Virus record (IMG/VR): IMGVR_UViG_3300032038_006501
Span: 7,889-71,888 of that record
Length of the DNA stretch: 64,000 nucleotides
Origin: a virus
Reading direction: 5' to 3' (one strand)
Below the pieces are notes generated by a model. The model had not been told where the DNA came from. It saw only the letters and a list, made by a program, of their open reading frames with translations, and ran no database searches. Below, piece after piece: positions 45,006-57,839 of this stretch (positions are counted from its first letter, which is position 1; each line of letters begins with the position of its first letter). The position numbers and the translations under genes were made by a program.

Positions 45006-47288
45006 TTGGATAGTAGTACAACATTTATTAGTAAAGCTGGATTACAACGTTTTTATGCTAGAATCTATGAAGTTTTTGCTAATAAAATTCATACTCATGT
45101 TGGTACTGATGTAGATGCAGCTACTACGACTGTTCGTGGTACTGTTCAACCAGATGGGACTACAATTGATGTTACTGCTGCTGGTGTAATTAGTGCTAAG
45201 ACTGCCACAGGAAGTGCTAAAGGTATTGTACAACCAGATGGTACTTCTATTAATATTAATAATAATGGAACAATTAGTGTTCCTGACGCTAGTATGAGTC
45301 AGAAAGGACTTTTATCTTCTAGTGATAAAACTAAGTTAGATGGGGTTGCAACAGGAGCTACTAAAACAGAAGTTACTGATACTACTACTTTAACTATTAC
45401 TGATAGTGCGGGAAGTACATCTACTTTTTCTGGTATGACTGAGGCTGAAAGAAGTAAATTATCTGGAATTGGGGATAATGCTAATAATTATAGTTTACCT
45501 ACAGCTACATCAGATACTCTTGGTGGAATTAAAGTTGGTAATCATCTTTCAATTACAAACGGTGTTTTAACAATTGCTGATACTGTAGCATTAGTTTCTG
45601 CTTTATCTGGCTATGTTACAACAACTGCTTTCGATACTTTTAAAACAGATGATTATAATGTTTTTAAATTAGCTCGTGAAACTAATTTTGGTGAAGATAT
45701 TGGAGATGGACTTGCTGTCTCTCCTTCAAAGAAATTAGTAATTGATACTAACTTTCTTGGAGATTATATTTCAGAGCAGTTTACTCCAGGTGTTGTAGTT
45801 CCTACTTATAATAGTAAGACAGGACAATATACAGGGATTTCAGAATGACTAGCTAGTACACTTGAGGAAGATGAACATAAAGATGAAATTTATACAACTC
45901 GTATTCCTAAATGAGATACTAGTCATGATGTAGTTTGTGTTAAAACTGATGATAATGCTGGTCTTAGTGTGACACCTTCAACAGAAGCTTTTGCGGGAGC
46001 TGATGATTATAAAAATTTACCAGCTTTTAAAATTTGAGAAGTTAATGGTGGTTATAGTGGGACTGGTATTCCATATGTAACAGCATTTAAAGGTCGTGAC
46101 TCTTGGTTTAGTAGAACTGGTGAAAATGGAGATGTCTGGATTATGACCCGTATACTTTGGTATAAATGGGAAGAAGATGAAGATTATCAATATATTTCTA
46201 TTTCTGCTAGTCCACAAACAGGATTTATTCCTGAACCTGGTGCTGTATTAGCAAATGGACAGCTAAGACCATTCATTCTTAGAGCTAAGTATCCTATTGG
46301 AACTTACAACGGAAAGATTGCTTCTATCTCTGGTGTTATGACAAGAGTAAGAGATATTTCTTATAATACTTTAATTACTTTAACAGCAGCTAAAGGTGCA
46401 GCTTATGGTAGTTTATCTGTTGATGACTTATGGTATTTTAAGACAATGATTCTTATTAAATATGCAACAAAGTCTTCACAAACAGTTTTCCCTGGATGTA
46501 CAAGTCATTATTTAACTTATTATCCTGTTATTGATGAAACAGATGTAACTCATGTTACTTTATCTACTGCTAATGCTGCAAATATTCCTGTAGGAAGTAC
46601 AATTTGTATAGGTACCTCTGATAGAGGTGGACAGATTATTAATAATGCAAAAGTAATTTCTAAAGAAACTACAGCAGATGGCGTTGCATTAAATCTTAAT
46701 ACTACAACACCTTTTAGCACATTAACGACACATAGAGTAGATACACTACCTTGGTACTGTGGTTCTTGTGACGAAGTACTTGGTAATGATGGTTCACCTA
46801 CTGGTGATATGAATGGTAAAGAGCCATTTATTCTTCAAGGTATTGAATATATGGTTGGTGCTTGAGAAATTTCAACTGATATTATGTTTAATTGAGCTGA
46901 TGGTGAAGGACATATATTAGTTGGTAAAGACCGTTCTACTAAGGTTTCTGGTAATTCAACAGGATTTATTGATACTGGACTTAAAGTAGGACAAGGTTCA
47001 AATGATGGATGGGTATATCCAACAGATTTTACTCATCTAGATGGATTAATTATTACGACTAATACTGGTGCAAGTCAAACTACTGGTGTAGGAGATGGTA
47101 ATTGAACTTATAAGACTGGTACAACTCAAACAGGACTACGCGAGTTTCGGGCTTTCGGTGACCTCAGCAGTGGTGGTCTTGCAGGTGCTTCTTGCTTCGA
47201 CTCGCGTAACGGGCTTTCGTACGCGGGCTGGGTCAATGGCGGGCGCCTTTCCGGAACAGATACTTATGGTACTTGGTCTAATAGTTAA
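45006..47288 (+). CDS. tail fiber / receptor-binding protein, DGR target (variable repeat at the C-terminus); LLSSSDKTKLDG repeat; multiple in-frame TGA codons
   Basis: ORFs 45006..45848 and 46143..46865 share a frame and are bridged by TGA; the GC-rich C-terminal segment matches the downstream template repeat. Confidence 0.6.
47144..47247 (+). repeat. DGR variable repeat (VR), ending with the GC-rich IMH-like AATGGCGGGCGCC
   Basis: About 100 bp nearly identical to 47435..47539. All of roughly 18 mismatches fall at adenines of the downstream copy. Confidence 0.7.
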
Positions 47289-47434
47289 TTTTTAGTAATA
47301 TAGGTTTAGACATTTTTAAAAGAAGGGATTTGTAACGAAAATTGTTCTGAAGCCCTTGCTTATGTTTCTAAACTGTATTTCCTTTTCCTTTGGCGGGCGC
47401 TCCTTGGCGGGCGCCCGTGAGGTATAAAAAGTGC

Positions 47435-47539
47435 GGTTTCAGGCTTTCGGTAACCTCAACAATGGTGGTAATGCAGGTGCTTCATGCTTCAACTCGAATA
47501 ACGAGCTTTCGAACACGAACTGGAACAATGGCGGGCGCT
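47435..47539 (+). repeat. DGR template repeat (TR), preceded by a GC hairpin (GGCGGGCGC-TCCTT-GGCGGGCGCCC)
   Basis: Adenine-specific divergence from VR; followed by the reverse transcriptase gene. Confidence 0.7.
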
Positions 47540-47738
47540 CATATTGATATTCTAAGTTTTTTATATTACTTTTAGTAATATTAAATATACTTGCGTTACA
47601 TCTAGACTACATACTTTGCAAAAAGTCGTGATAGTTCATATGCCTGGCTCTTTTGAGCGAAATGTTATATTCAGAAAATTGGGTTAGTAGCTTATATAGT
47701 AGAAAACTCAATTTAGAATATCAATAAGAAAGTAAAAA

Positions 47739-48818
47739 ATGAAGTCATATTTAAAACATTTTACAATTACTCGTGATTTTATTGAGTATGCTTATAAGAA
47801 ATGACTTAAAGCAGAAGCGGGTCACAAGAATGAATGACGAGTTCAAAAAGAATATGATTCTAAAGACGCTCTTATTGACGAGATATATACAGAGATTAAA
47901 AATCGGACAGTTACTCTTAGACCTATTCATAGATATAATCATTTAGAAGAATCTAATGGTAAAATTAGAGTACTTGGAGTTGAATCTGTAAAACAACAAA
48001 TACTTGATTATATTATAGTTTTAGCTTTAGATGAATTTTTAAATAGAAGAATAGGTTATTGACAAATTTCTGGAATTAAAAATAGAGGAGCTGTTAGATA
48101 TTTAAGAAAAGTTCAAGGATGAACTAAAAATTGTAAATATCATGTTCATGTAGATATTAAACAATTTTATCCTTCTACTTCTAAATCTCTAGTCTACAAA
48201 GTTTTATTAAAATATATTAAAAATGAAGAAATCCTATATATAGCAAAATTATTGCTTAACTCTTATAATTTTGGTTTGGAGTTAGGAAGTTATTTTAGTT
48301 TATGTATGGCAAATTTAGTTGTAAGTTTTTGTTATCATGAACTAGAAGAAAAAAAGAATTTAAAACATCAAGTTTGGTATATGGATGATGGTTATTTATT
48401 TGGAGATGATCCAGAAGAATTAACTGCCCTTGTTAATGAATTAAGCACTTATCTTTTCCAAAATTTTCATCTAGAACTTAAAGCTTGAAAAATATGTTTA
48501 AATAGACATACGTATCGTAGTCGTACTGTTAAACATTCAATTTTTAAAGGAGAGCCAGTAGATTTAGCTGGTTATCGAATTACTCCAACTTGTATTACTT
48601 TAAGGAAAAATCTTTTTAGAAGATTATTACGTTCTTATCGAAGATTTTTAAAAAAAGGTGGAGAACGTCTTGCAAGAAGATGTTGCAGTTATTGGGGATA
48701 TTTAAAATATACTGATAGTTTAGGAGTACGACGACGTTATAATTTAGATAGAATAATGAAACAATGTAGCGCATTAATATCAGCCTTAGATAAAAGGAGG
48801 GCCAATGAGAAACAATAA
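47739..48818 (+). CDS. DGR-type reverse transcriptase (motif C YMDDGYLFG; GLELGSYFSL in place of QGxxxSP); 5 in-frame TGA codons
   Basis: RT motifs read across TGA codons. The standard-code track shows only the fragment 48252..48488. Confidence 0.65.
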
Positions 48819-49158
48819 AACTATTAGTGCAGATGAGATTTTACCTATTGAAATTATTAGTAGAAAAAGTCAGTCTGAAATTTGACTTCGTCGAAATATC
48901 GAATTTGTAGAAACTGAAGATCCAGAAGGTAATCCTTATTCTTACTGAACCGCAGATGAAGTTTCTGGAACTTTAAAACAAAATGTATCATATGAAGATA
49001 TAGAAGAAAACTTTGATGAATATTGGGAACTTTTAAATCTTCAAAAATTAACGGATAGAGAATTAGCAGAAAAAGTTTTAGAGTTAACTCAATTAGTTCA
49101 AGCTCAAATTGATTTTACAGCTCTTATGACTGATACCGTTATTGAAATGGAGGAATAA
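48805..49158 (+). CDS. hypothetical protein (117 aa, 2 TGA codons) downstream of the RT
   Basis: Open frame with TGA=W. Confidence 0.35.
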
Positions 49159-49161
49159 TAA

Positions 49162-49307
49162 ATGGCTAATGCAATTGAAACAAAAGCAGCTAAATATTAT
49201 CAAAAAGGACTTTGGAAGAAAGCTCAATTAATTGCTTTGGTAGAAAAAGGACTATTATCTCCTGAAGCCTACGAAAGAATCACTGGAGAAGAATACGTAG
49301 AAGAATA
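49162..49307 (+). CDS. XkdX-family small phage protein (LWKKAQLIALVEKGLLSPEAYERITGEEY)
   Basis: Motif typical of XkdX proteins found after tail fiber genes in Firmicutes phages. Confidence 0.5.
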
Positions 49308-49634
49308 AGAGAAATAGATAATTTTTTTATTATGATTTAGTTTAATTTAATGTGGAAGGTCACACAAACATGAGCGAAAGCTTAAAGATGCTTCAACTCG
49401 CCCTTAGTTCCATGTAGATCAAATTACGACATTAGAGCAGGCAGTAACCGAGCTAACTACATTATAGAAAGGTAGATAAGCAATGATTAATTACAAGAAG
49501 TACATTAAGATGGCTATCGAGCGGCGGAACTACCAGCTCGAAAATATGAAAAACCGCATCAATCGTTTACAAATTGACAGCAAATTGTCCAATGAGAATA
49601 AAGAAGGGCTATTACAGCTTATGGAGGACGCATA

Positions 49635-49856
49635 ATGGAAGCTCTTACACCTACATTACTCGTTGTGGGGATTGTTGACCTTTTAATGTTTCCCCTTATT
49701 TTATGGTTTATTAAACGGTATCTCGAAAAATTTGATAGCAAGCGAGAGGAAGCTCGCATAGAACGAGCTGAGGCTGAGCGCAGGGTTATGGAGCAGCGTG
49801 AAGCCGAGAGGACAATCATCCTTGCCATGAGTCGCACAATGTTGCTTGACAACTGA
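49635..49856 (+). CDS. holin-like small membrane protein (one TM then a charged tail) in a GC-richer insert
   Basis: ORF track; hydrophobic N-terminus. Confidence 0.35.
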   Translation: MEALTPTLLVVGIVDLLMFPLILWFIKRYLEKFDSKREEARIERAEAERRVMEQREAERTIILAMSRTMLLDN

Positions 49857-50231
49857 GAGAAGTGTATGGACAAAGGTTCCTATACACTCGAGGAACGCGA
49901 GGTGTACCACAAGTTATATGAAGCTTACAAGAACGATGGTGGAAATTCAATTATCGATGAGATAGCACCGCGCATTCGTGCATTGCCAATGGAAAGGCCA
50001 AAAGACTAGAGAATATAATATAGACAAAAAAGGAATTATACCACTAATGTATGTTTAATTCTCGCATCTATTGGTAAATTAAGAGAAGATATCCACAAAT
50101 TACGTTTTGAAAAATAATTATAAGAAGGGGTGTTTTTTTAAAAGCATCCCTTTTCATTTTATTTATTTAAGTTTATTTAATTTAAATGAGTTAAAATAAG
50201 TAAAATGAGAGTTTAGTAAAAAGGAGATACA

Positions 50232-53925
<3,694 letters not shown>

Positions 53926-53937
53926 AGGAGGAAGAGA

Positions 53938-54213
53938 ATGGCTTATAGTAGAATTAATTTTAAAAATGGTGCAGAAGGTGGAACTCCTTTAAGTGCTGCT
54001 AATATGAATCATATAGAAGATGGAATAGTTGAACTTGAAACTAATAAACAAGACAAACTAACTGCGGGAAGTAATATTACAATTACTGGAAACACTATTT
54101 CTGCAACTGTCCCGCAAGTTCCTAATGAAACAGTTGATTTAACTTTTACTTATAGTGATGGAACGAGTGAGGTAATTTCTTTTGTAATTGATGATAGTAA
54201 TATTGGAGAATAA
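53938..54213 (+). CDS. hypothetical tail protein (91 aa)
   Basis: ORF track. Confidence 0.4.
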   Translation: MAYSRINFKNGAEGGTPLSAANMNHIEDGIVELETNKQDKLTAGSNITITGNTISATVPQVPNETVDLTFTYSDGTSEVISFVIDDSNIGE

Positions 54214-54216
54214 AAA

Positions 54217-54918
54217 TGACAGCTATTAATTTTACAGATGTTCGTTCTATTGGATTACATAATAAGAATGTAACTCAAATTAGTTATACTAATTCAGGTG
54301 AAATTATTTGACCCACTCCTTCTTTACCTTCTAACTATACTCGTGGAGATTTTTTACAACAACATTTATCTGATAATAGAGGTGCTCATTTTTCTCTTCC
54401 TATTGGTTTAACAGAAGATATTCAATTTGAAATTACCTTAAGTTTTAATACTTTGGGAGAAGAAGAGGAAGAAAAAAGAAATATTTTAGGTTGTTATGAT
54501 GATGAAGAAAATGTAGTTTGAGGTTTACAAATTTTAAATAATAAATTATATTTTAATGAAGAACTTGTTCAAAATTTTTCTTTGTCAGAAGATACAATTT
54601 ACAATATAATTATATTAGATAATGAGTTAAGGATTAATGGAAATTTAGTTCATACTTCTTTAATTCATCCTTTTGAATGAAATTATTTAGGTTTATATGA
54701 TTTAATTTTATCAGATCAATCTATTGATATTAATTTTCAACAAGCAGATATAAATATTTATAAAGTAAGAATAAAAAACAATGGTATTTATTCTTATGAT
54801 TGTGTACCTGCTGAAAATAATAATACTCATTATACTGGTTTATATGATTTAATTGGTCAAAGATCTTTTTATGATAATCAAAATCCTACTATATTAACCG
54901 TAGAAACAAATTTTTAAG
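54217..54918 (+). CDS. hypothetical tail-associated protein (about 233 aa, 3 TGA codons)
   Basis: Open frame with TGA=W; not seen in the standard-code track. Confidence 0.35.
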
Positions 54919-55096
54919 TTGATATAAAAAACTTTTTGACAACTTGTCGTAAAATATTGTATAATATATTTACAGAGTCGGAAAGAGGTTAAACAAAATG
55001 TTTTGATTGAAAAAGAAAAGAAAAGAAGTCGATAGAAAAAAATAAATGACAAATGAATTAAAAACATAGTATAATATATTTAAAGAAATTGATAAT

Positions 55097-55166
55097 TCCT
55101 CATGGTGTAATTGGCAACACAATAGGTTCTGGTCCTATTATTTCACGTTCGAGTCGTGATGAGGAA
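55097..55166 (+). tRNA. tRNA-Gln (anticodon CTG)
   Basis: Manual fold: acceptor TCCTCAT/ATGAGGA, anticodon arm ATAGG-TTCTGGT-CCTAT, T arm CACG-TTCGAGT-CGTG. Confidence 0.55.
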
Positions 55167-55171
55167 GCCAT

Positions 55172-55247
55172 GGGCTTGTAATCCAACGGCAGAGATAGCA
55201 GACTTAAAATCTGTTCAGTGTGAGTTCGAATCTCACCAGGCCCACCA
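55172..55247 (+). tRNA. type-I (short variable loop) tRNA with anticodon TAA (Leu-family anticodon). Its acceptor GGGCTTG/CAGGCCC is identical to that of tRNA-Leu(TAG) at 57598.
   Basis: Manual fold: anticodon arm GCAGA-CTTAAAA-TCTGT, T arm GTGAG-TTCGAAT-CTCAC, A73, CCA encoded. Confidence 0.5.
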
Positions 55248-55368
55248 AATTTGTTTACAACAGATAAGATAGTTAAGAATAGCTACCTTAATGAAAAGTG
55301 AATAAACCTCAACCACCTGCTTATCTGTTATTTTTTATTATTGTTGTTGAGGTAGAAAGTTGAGGAAA

Positions 55369-56172
55369 ATGGCAAGACCTAAGAAAATTTATCAAAAAGG
55401 TGATAAAGTTGGTATTTGACAATTAGAATTTGTAGAAGAGGTTGAATCACATATTACTTCAGGTGGCTCTAAACATAGACAGTTTAAAGTAATTTGTCCA
55501 ACATGTCATAATATATTTATTACCAAACAAATTCAATTAAATAAAAAAGCTAAACCTGTTAAGCAATGTCCTGCTTGTTCTTTAAAAGAAAATAAAAAAA
55601 GGATATCTGAGGTAGGAAAACAAAGTAGTAATAATTTAATTGGACAAAAATTTGGTAAATTGTTAGTCTTATCTAAGACTGATAAAAGATATAGAAATAA
55701 TGTTATTTGGCATTGTAAATGTGATTGTGGTAATGAAAAAGATATTCTTGGAAGAGATTTGTTAAGAGGTCATACTATTTCTTGTGGATGTATAAAATCT
55801 CGTGGAGAAGAATTAATTAGTAATATTTTAAAAGAAATGAATGTTTCTTTTGAAAAAGAAAAAACATTTATAGATTGTGTGAATCCTAAAACTAATTTTT
55901 TATTAAGATTTGATTTTTACTTACCTGATTACAATATTATTATAGAGTATGATGGCGAACAACATTTTAAATATAATGATACAGGATGAAATACTAAAGA
56001 AAATTTTAAACAAACTATTTATAGAGATAATATTAAAAATAATTATTGTAAAAATAATAATATTAAATTAATTAGAATACCTTATACAGATTTTAATAAA
56101 ATTAATCAAAAATATATTGTCGATCTGGCGGAATTGGCAGACGCGGTTGGCCCAAACCCAACTTCATTATAG
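55369..56172 (+). CDS. endonuclease with N-terminal Cys-rich module and C-terminal DUF559/Vsr-like domain (IIIEYDGEQHFKYND); 2 TGA codons; 3' end overlaps tRNA-Leu(CAA)
   Basis: ORF 55660..55989 extended across TGA codons; paralog of 7014..7397. Confidence 0.5.
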
Positions 56173-56203
56173 AGTGAGAGTTCAAGTCTCTCGATCGACA
56201 CCA
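56119..56203 (+). tRNA. tRNA-Leu (anticodon CAA), type II
   Basis: Acceptor GTCGATC/GATCGAC, anticodon arm GTTGG-CCCAAAC-CCAAC, long variable arm, T arm GAGAG-TTCAAGT-CTCTC, A73 plus CCA. Confidence 0.55.
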
Positions 56204-56219
56204 AAATGTTAATAATAAT

Positions 56220-56351
56220 TTGACGTGATAGTTAAAACAGTTACTTCTCTGAGATTAGCTCAATTGGTAGAGCGTTTGTTTTAGGTACAAAGTGTAATAG
56301 GTTCGAATCCTATATTTTAGATTTTATACCTGTTTTATAGATTTCCGTCAA
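56220..56351 (+). ncRNA. structured RNA cassette U1 (Y-RNA-like family): helix I TTGACG/CGTCAA, conserved internal loop TGATAGT / TAGATTTC, helix II TAAAACAG/CTGTTTTA, conserved TTACTTC; cargo is tRNA(TAG)
   Basis: Family of 8 units with compensatory changes in both helices (see findings). Confidence 0.55.
56249..56321 (+). tRNA. type-I tRNA with anticodon TAG (Leu-family anticodon but short variable loop)
   Basis: D arm GCTC-AATTGGTA-GAGC, anticodon arm TTTGT-TTTAGGT-ACAAA, T arm ATAGG-TTCGAAT-CCTAT. Confidence 0.5.
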
Positions 56352-56364
56352 TTTTAAATGAAAT

Positions 56365-56460
56365 AGGCGGTGCTGCCTATCCGGCGATAGGGACGGGCTT
56401 CAAACCCGTTTAGTCAGGTCCAAACTGGCTCGTGGGGATCGACACCTCCACCGCCTGCCA
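56365..56460 (+). tRNA. tRNA with anticodon TCA (reads UGA): candidate opal suppressor with tRNA-Sec/allo-tRNA-like architecture (8-bp acceptor AGGCGGTG/CACCGCCT, 6-bp D stem CCTATC/GATAGG with 4-nt loop, anticodon arm ACGGG-CTTCAAA-CCCGT, long variable arm, G73, CCA)
   Basis: Manual fold; the anticodon loop is identical to the E. coli selC loop CTTCAAA; about 96 nt long. Confidence 0.55.
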
Positions 56461-56469
56461 TCGTAAATA

Positions 56470-56553
56470 AAGCGTGATAGTAAGAAAGTTACTTCGCACA
56501 TAATGCAACAGACTCTTAATCTGTTAATAACACTTTCTTTATTATTTCCGCTA
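56470..56553 (+). ncRNA. structured RNA cassette U2 (helix I AGCG/CGCT, helix II AAGAAAGT/ACTTTCTT); cargo is a degenerate tRNA-Lys-like anticodon hairpin (ACAGA-CTCTTAA-TCTGT)
   Basis: Covariation relative to U1/U4. Confidence 0.5.
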
Positions 56554-56586
56554 ATATTAAATATTTATTGGTGAGAATAAATATTT

Positions 56587-56665
56587 AGTAAGATGATTGT
56601 AAGAAAGATACTTCAACTCATAAACAGTTACGGCATAGAGCTTTCTTTCTTAAAAATATCTCTTA
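56587..56665 (+). ncRNA. structured RNA cassette U3 (helix I GTAAGA/TCTTAC, helix II TAAGAAAG/CTTTCTTA); short cargo
   Basis: Covariation. Confidence 0.45.
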
Positions 56666-56684
56666 CATTCAGTTTATTAATAAT

Positions 56685-56812
56685 TTGACGTGATAGTTGA
56701 AATAGTTACTTCATATTTAACTCAATGGGTAGAGTAATTATCTTGTAAATAATCTGTTATTGGTTCGAGTCCAATGATATGTGTTTTTCACTATTTCATA
56801 AATTTCCGTCAA
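56685..56812 (+). ncRNA. structured RNA cassette U4 (helix I TTGACG/CGTCAA, helix II GAAATAGT/ACTATTTC); cargo is tRNA-Thr(TGT)
   Basis: Covariation. Confidence 0.55.
56711..56783 (+). tRNA. tRNA-Thr (anticodon TGT)
   Basis: D arm ACTC-AATGGGTA-GAGT, anticodon arm ATTAT-CTTGTAA-ATAAT, T arm ATTGG-TTCGAGT-CCAAT. Confidence 0.55.
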
Positions 56813-56820
56813 TTTTTTAT

Positions 56821-56896
56821 GGGTTGTTAGCTCAGTTGGTAGAGCAGAGGACTCTTAATCCTAAGGCCCAGGGTTCGAATCCCTGACAACCCACCA
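56821..56896 (+). tRNA. tRNA-Lys (anticodon CTT)
   Basis: Acceptor GGGTTGT/ACAACCC, D arm GCTC-AGTTGGTA-GAGC, loop CTCTTAA, T arm CAGGG-TTCGAAT-CCCTG, CCA. Confidence 0.6.
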
Positions 56897-56904
56897 TCGG
56901 AAAT

Positions 56905-56981
56905 CTGCCCATGGCGCAACTTGGTAGCGCTCATGATTTGGGTTCATGGGGTTCTCTGTTCGAATCAGAGTGGGCAGACCA
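56905..56981 (+). tRNA. tRNA-Pro (anticodon TGG)
   Basis: Acceptor CTGCCCA/TGGGCAG, anticodon arm CATGA-TTTGGGT-TCATG, T arm CTCTG-TTCGAAT-CAGAG, CCA. Confidence 0.6.
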
Positions 56982-56990
56982 TGGGCTGAG

Positions 56991-57058
56991 GGACTGCTAG
57001 GAGTGGTCACCTGTCTTGCAAACAGGAAAGCAGCTGGGTTCGAATCCCAGTCGGTCCA
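56991..57058 (+). tRNA. tRNA, probably Ala (anticodon TGC); D arm atypical
   Basis: Anticodon arm CCTGT-CTTGCAA-ACAGG, T arm CTGGG-TTCGAAT-CCCAG. Confidence 0.4.
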
Positions 57059-57120
57059 GAGAATAAAATTTTGGACAAAAATGAATAATTTGTAGTATAA
57101 TTTTTATATTAATATTAAAT

Positions 57121-57191
57121 TCTCTTGTAGCTCAAAAATAGAGCGCACGACTGATAATCGTGAGACAAAGGAGCGTTACTTTTCGAGAGAA
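57121..57191 (+). tRNA. tRNA-Ile (anticodon GAT)
   Basis: Acceptor TCTCTTG/CGAGAGA, anticodon arm CACGA-CTGATAA-TCGTG, unusual T loop AGCGTTA. Confidence 0.5.
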
Positions 57192-57196
57192 CTAAT

Positions 57197-57284
57197 GGGA
57201 CGGCTGCAGAGTTGGAGAACTGCGCTGGTCTGTAAAACCAGTGGCTTAAGTCCTGAGTGTGTTCGAATCACACCCGTCCCACCA
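57197..57284 (+). tRNA. tRNA-Tyr (anticodon GTA), long variable arm
   Basis: Acceptor GGGACGG/CCGTCCC, anticodon arm CTGGT-CTGTAAA-ACCAG, T arm GTGTG-TTCGAAT-CACAC, CCA. Confidence 0.6.
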
Positions 57285-57294
57285 GTATTAAAAT

Positions 57295-57369
57295 TGGAAG
57301 GTAGCTCAATGGTAGAGCCATCGGCTGTTAACCGATCTGTTGTGGGTTCGAGTCCCACCCTTTCAGCCA
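57295..57369 (+). tRNA. tRNA-Asn (anticodon GTT)
   Basis: Anticodon arm ATCGG-CTGTTAA-CCGAT, T arm GTGGG-TTCGAGT-CCCAC, CCA. Confidence 0.55.
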
Positions 57370-57370
57370 T

Positions 57371-57447
57371 GGGACTGTAGCTTAGTTGGTTTAAAGCGTC
57401 GGACTGTCTATCCGAAGATCGTGGGTTCGAATCCCATCAGTCTCGCC
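57371..57447 (+). tRNA. tRNA-Asp (anticodon GTC)
   Basis: Acceptor GGGACTG/CAGTCTC, anticodon arm TCGGA-CTGTCTA-TCCGA, CCA. Confidence 0.55.
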
Positions 57448-57452
57448 AATAT

Positions 57453-57526
57453 GGAGTCTATAGTATAATGGTTAATTATGATTGGTTGTGGCCCAATAGA
57501 TGAAAGTTTAATTCTTTCTAGATTCC
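57453..57526 (+). tRNA. tRNA-His (anticodon GTG)
   Basis: Acceptor GGAGTCT/AGATTCC, anticodon arm ATTGG-TTGTGGC-CCAAT, T arm GAAAG-TTTAATT-CTTTC. Confidence 0.5.
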
Positions 57527-57597
57527 CGGAATGCTTTGTCTAAAACCTTCACGTGGTGCATTCTGATTTCGACTAATATTAGACAATATATTATAAA

Positions 57598-57681
57598 GGG
57601 CTTGTGATGGAATTGGCAGACATGATTGCCTTAGAAGCAATTGCTTTATGCGTGGAAGTTCGAGTCTTCTCAGGCCCACCA
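57598..57681 (+). tRNA. tRNA-Leu (anticodon TAG), type II
   Basis: Acceptor GGGCTTG/CAGGCCC, anticodon arm ATTGC-CTTAGAA-GCAAT, long variable arm, CCA. Confidence 0.55.
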
Positions 57682-57702
57682 AAAATAAAAAATTTTTTTT
57701 GA

Positions 57703-57735
57703 CAGATTGAATTAAAATATAATATAATATAAATA
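57703..57735 (+). promoter_or_regulatory. sigma70-type promoter (TTGACA-17-TATAAT) preceding the GC-rich non-coding segment
   Basis: Read directly. Confidence 0.45.
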
Positions 57736-57839
57736 CAGTGAGAGAGAGAAAAAAAGTAAGAAAACGAAGTTAAAAAAAAATATTAGACAGCTGAAAAAAG
57801 AATATGATATAATATTATTAAAGAAAGGGCAAGAGCAAC

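Noticed and set aside
47095-47575. ORF-track ORFs 47095..47295 and 47390..47575 as independent genes
   Set aside because: They are wrong-frame readings of the GC-rich DGR VR and TR. The VR is read in the tail-fiber frame, and the TR is non-coding template.
55097-55247. A single intron-containing tRNA spanning about 150 nt
   Set aside because: The region resolves cleanly into two adjacent ordinary-length tRNAs (Gln-CTG and a TAA-anticodon tRNA), each with its own acceptor and T arm.
56365-56460. Genuine selenocysteine incorporation at TGA via the tRNA-Sec-like gene
   Set aside because: There are dozens of in-frame TGAs across structural genes with no SECIS-like context, and the TGA positions align with conserved Trp residues. 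Whole-module recoding is far more plausible than selenocysteine incorporation.
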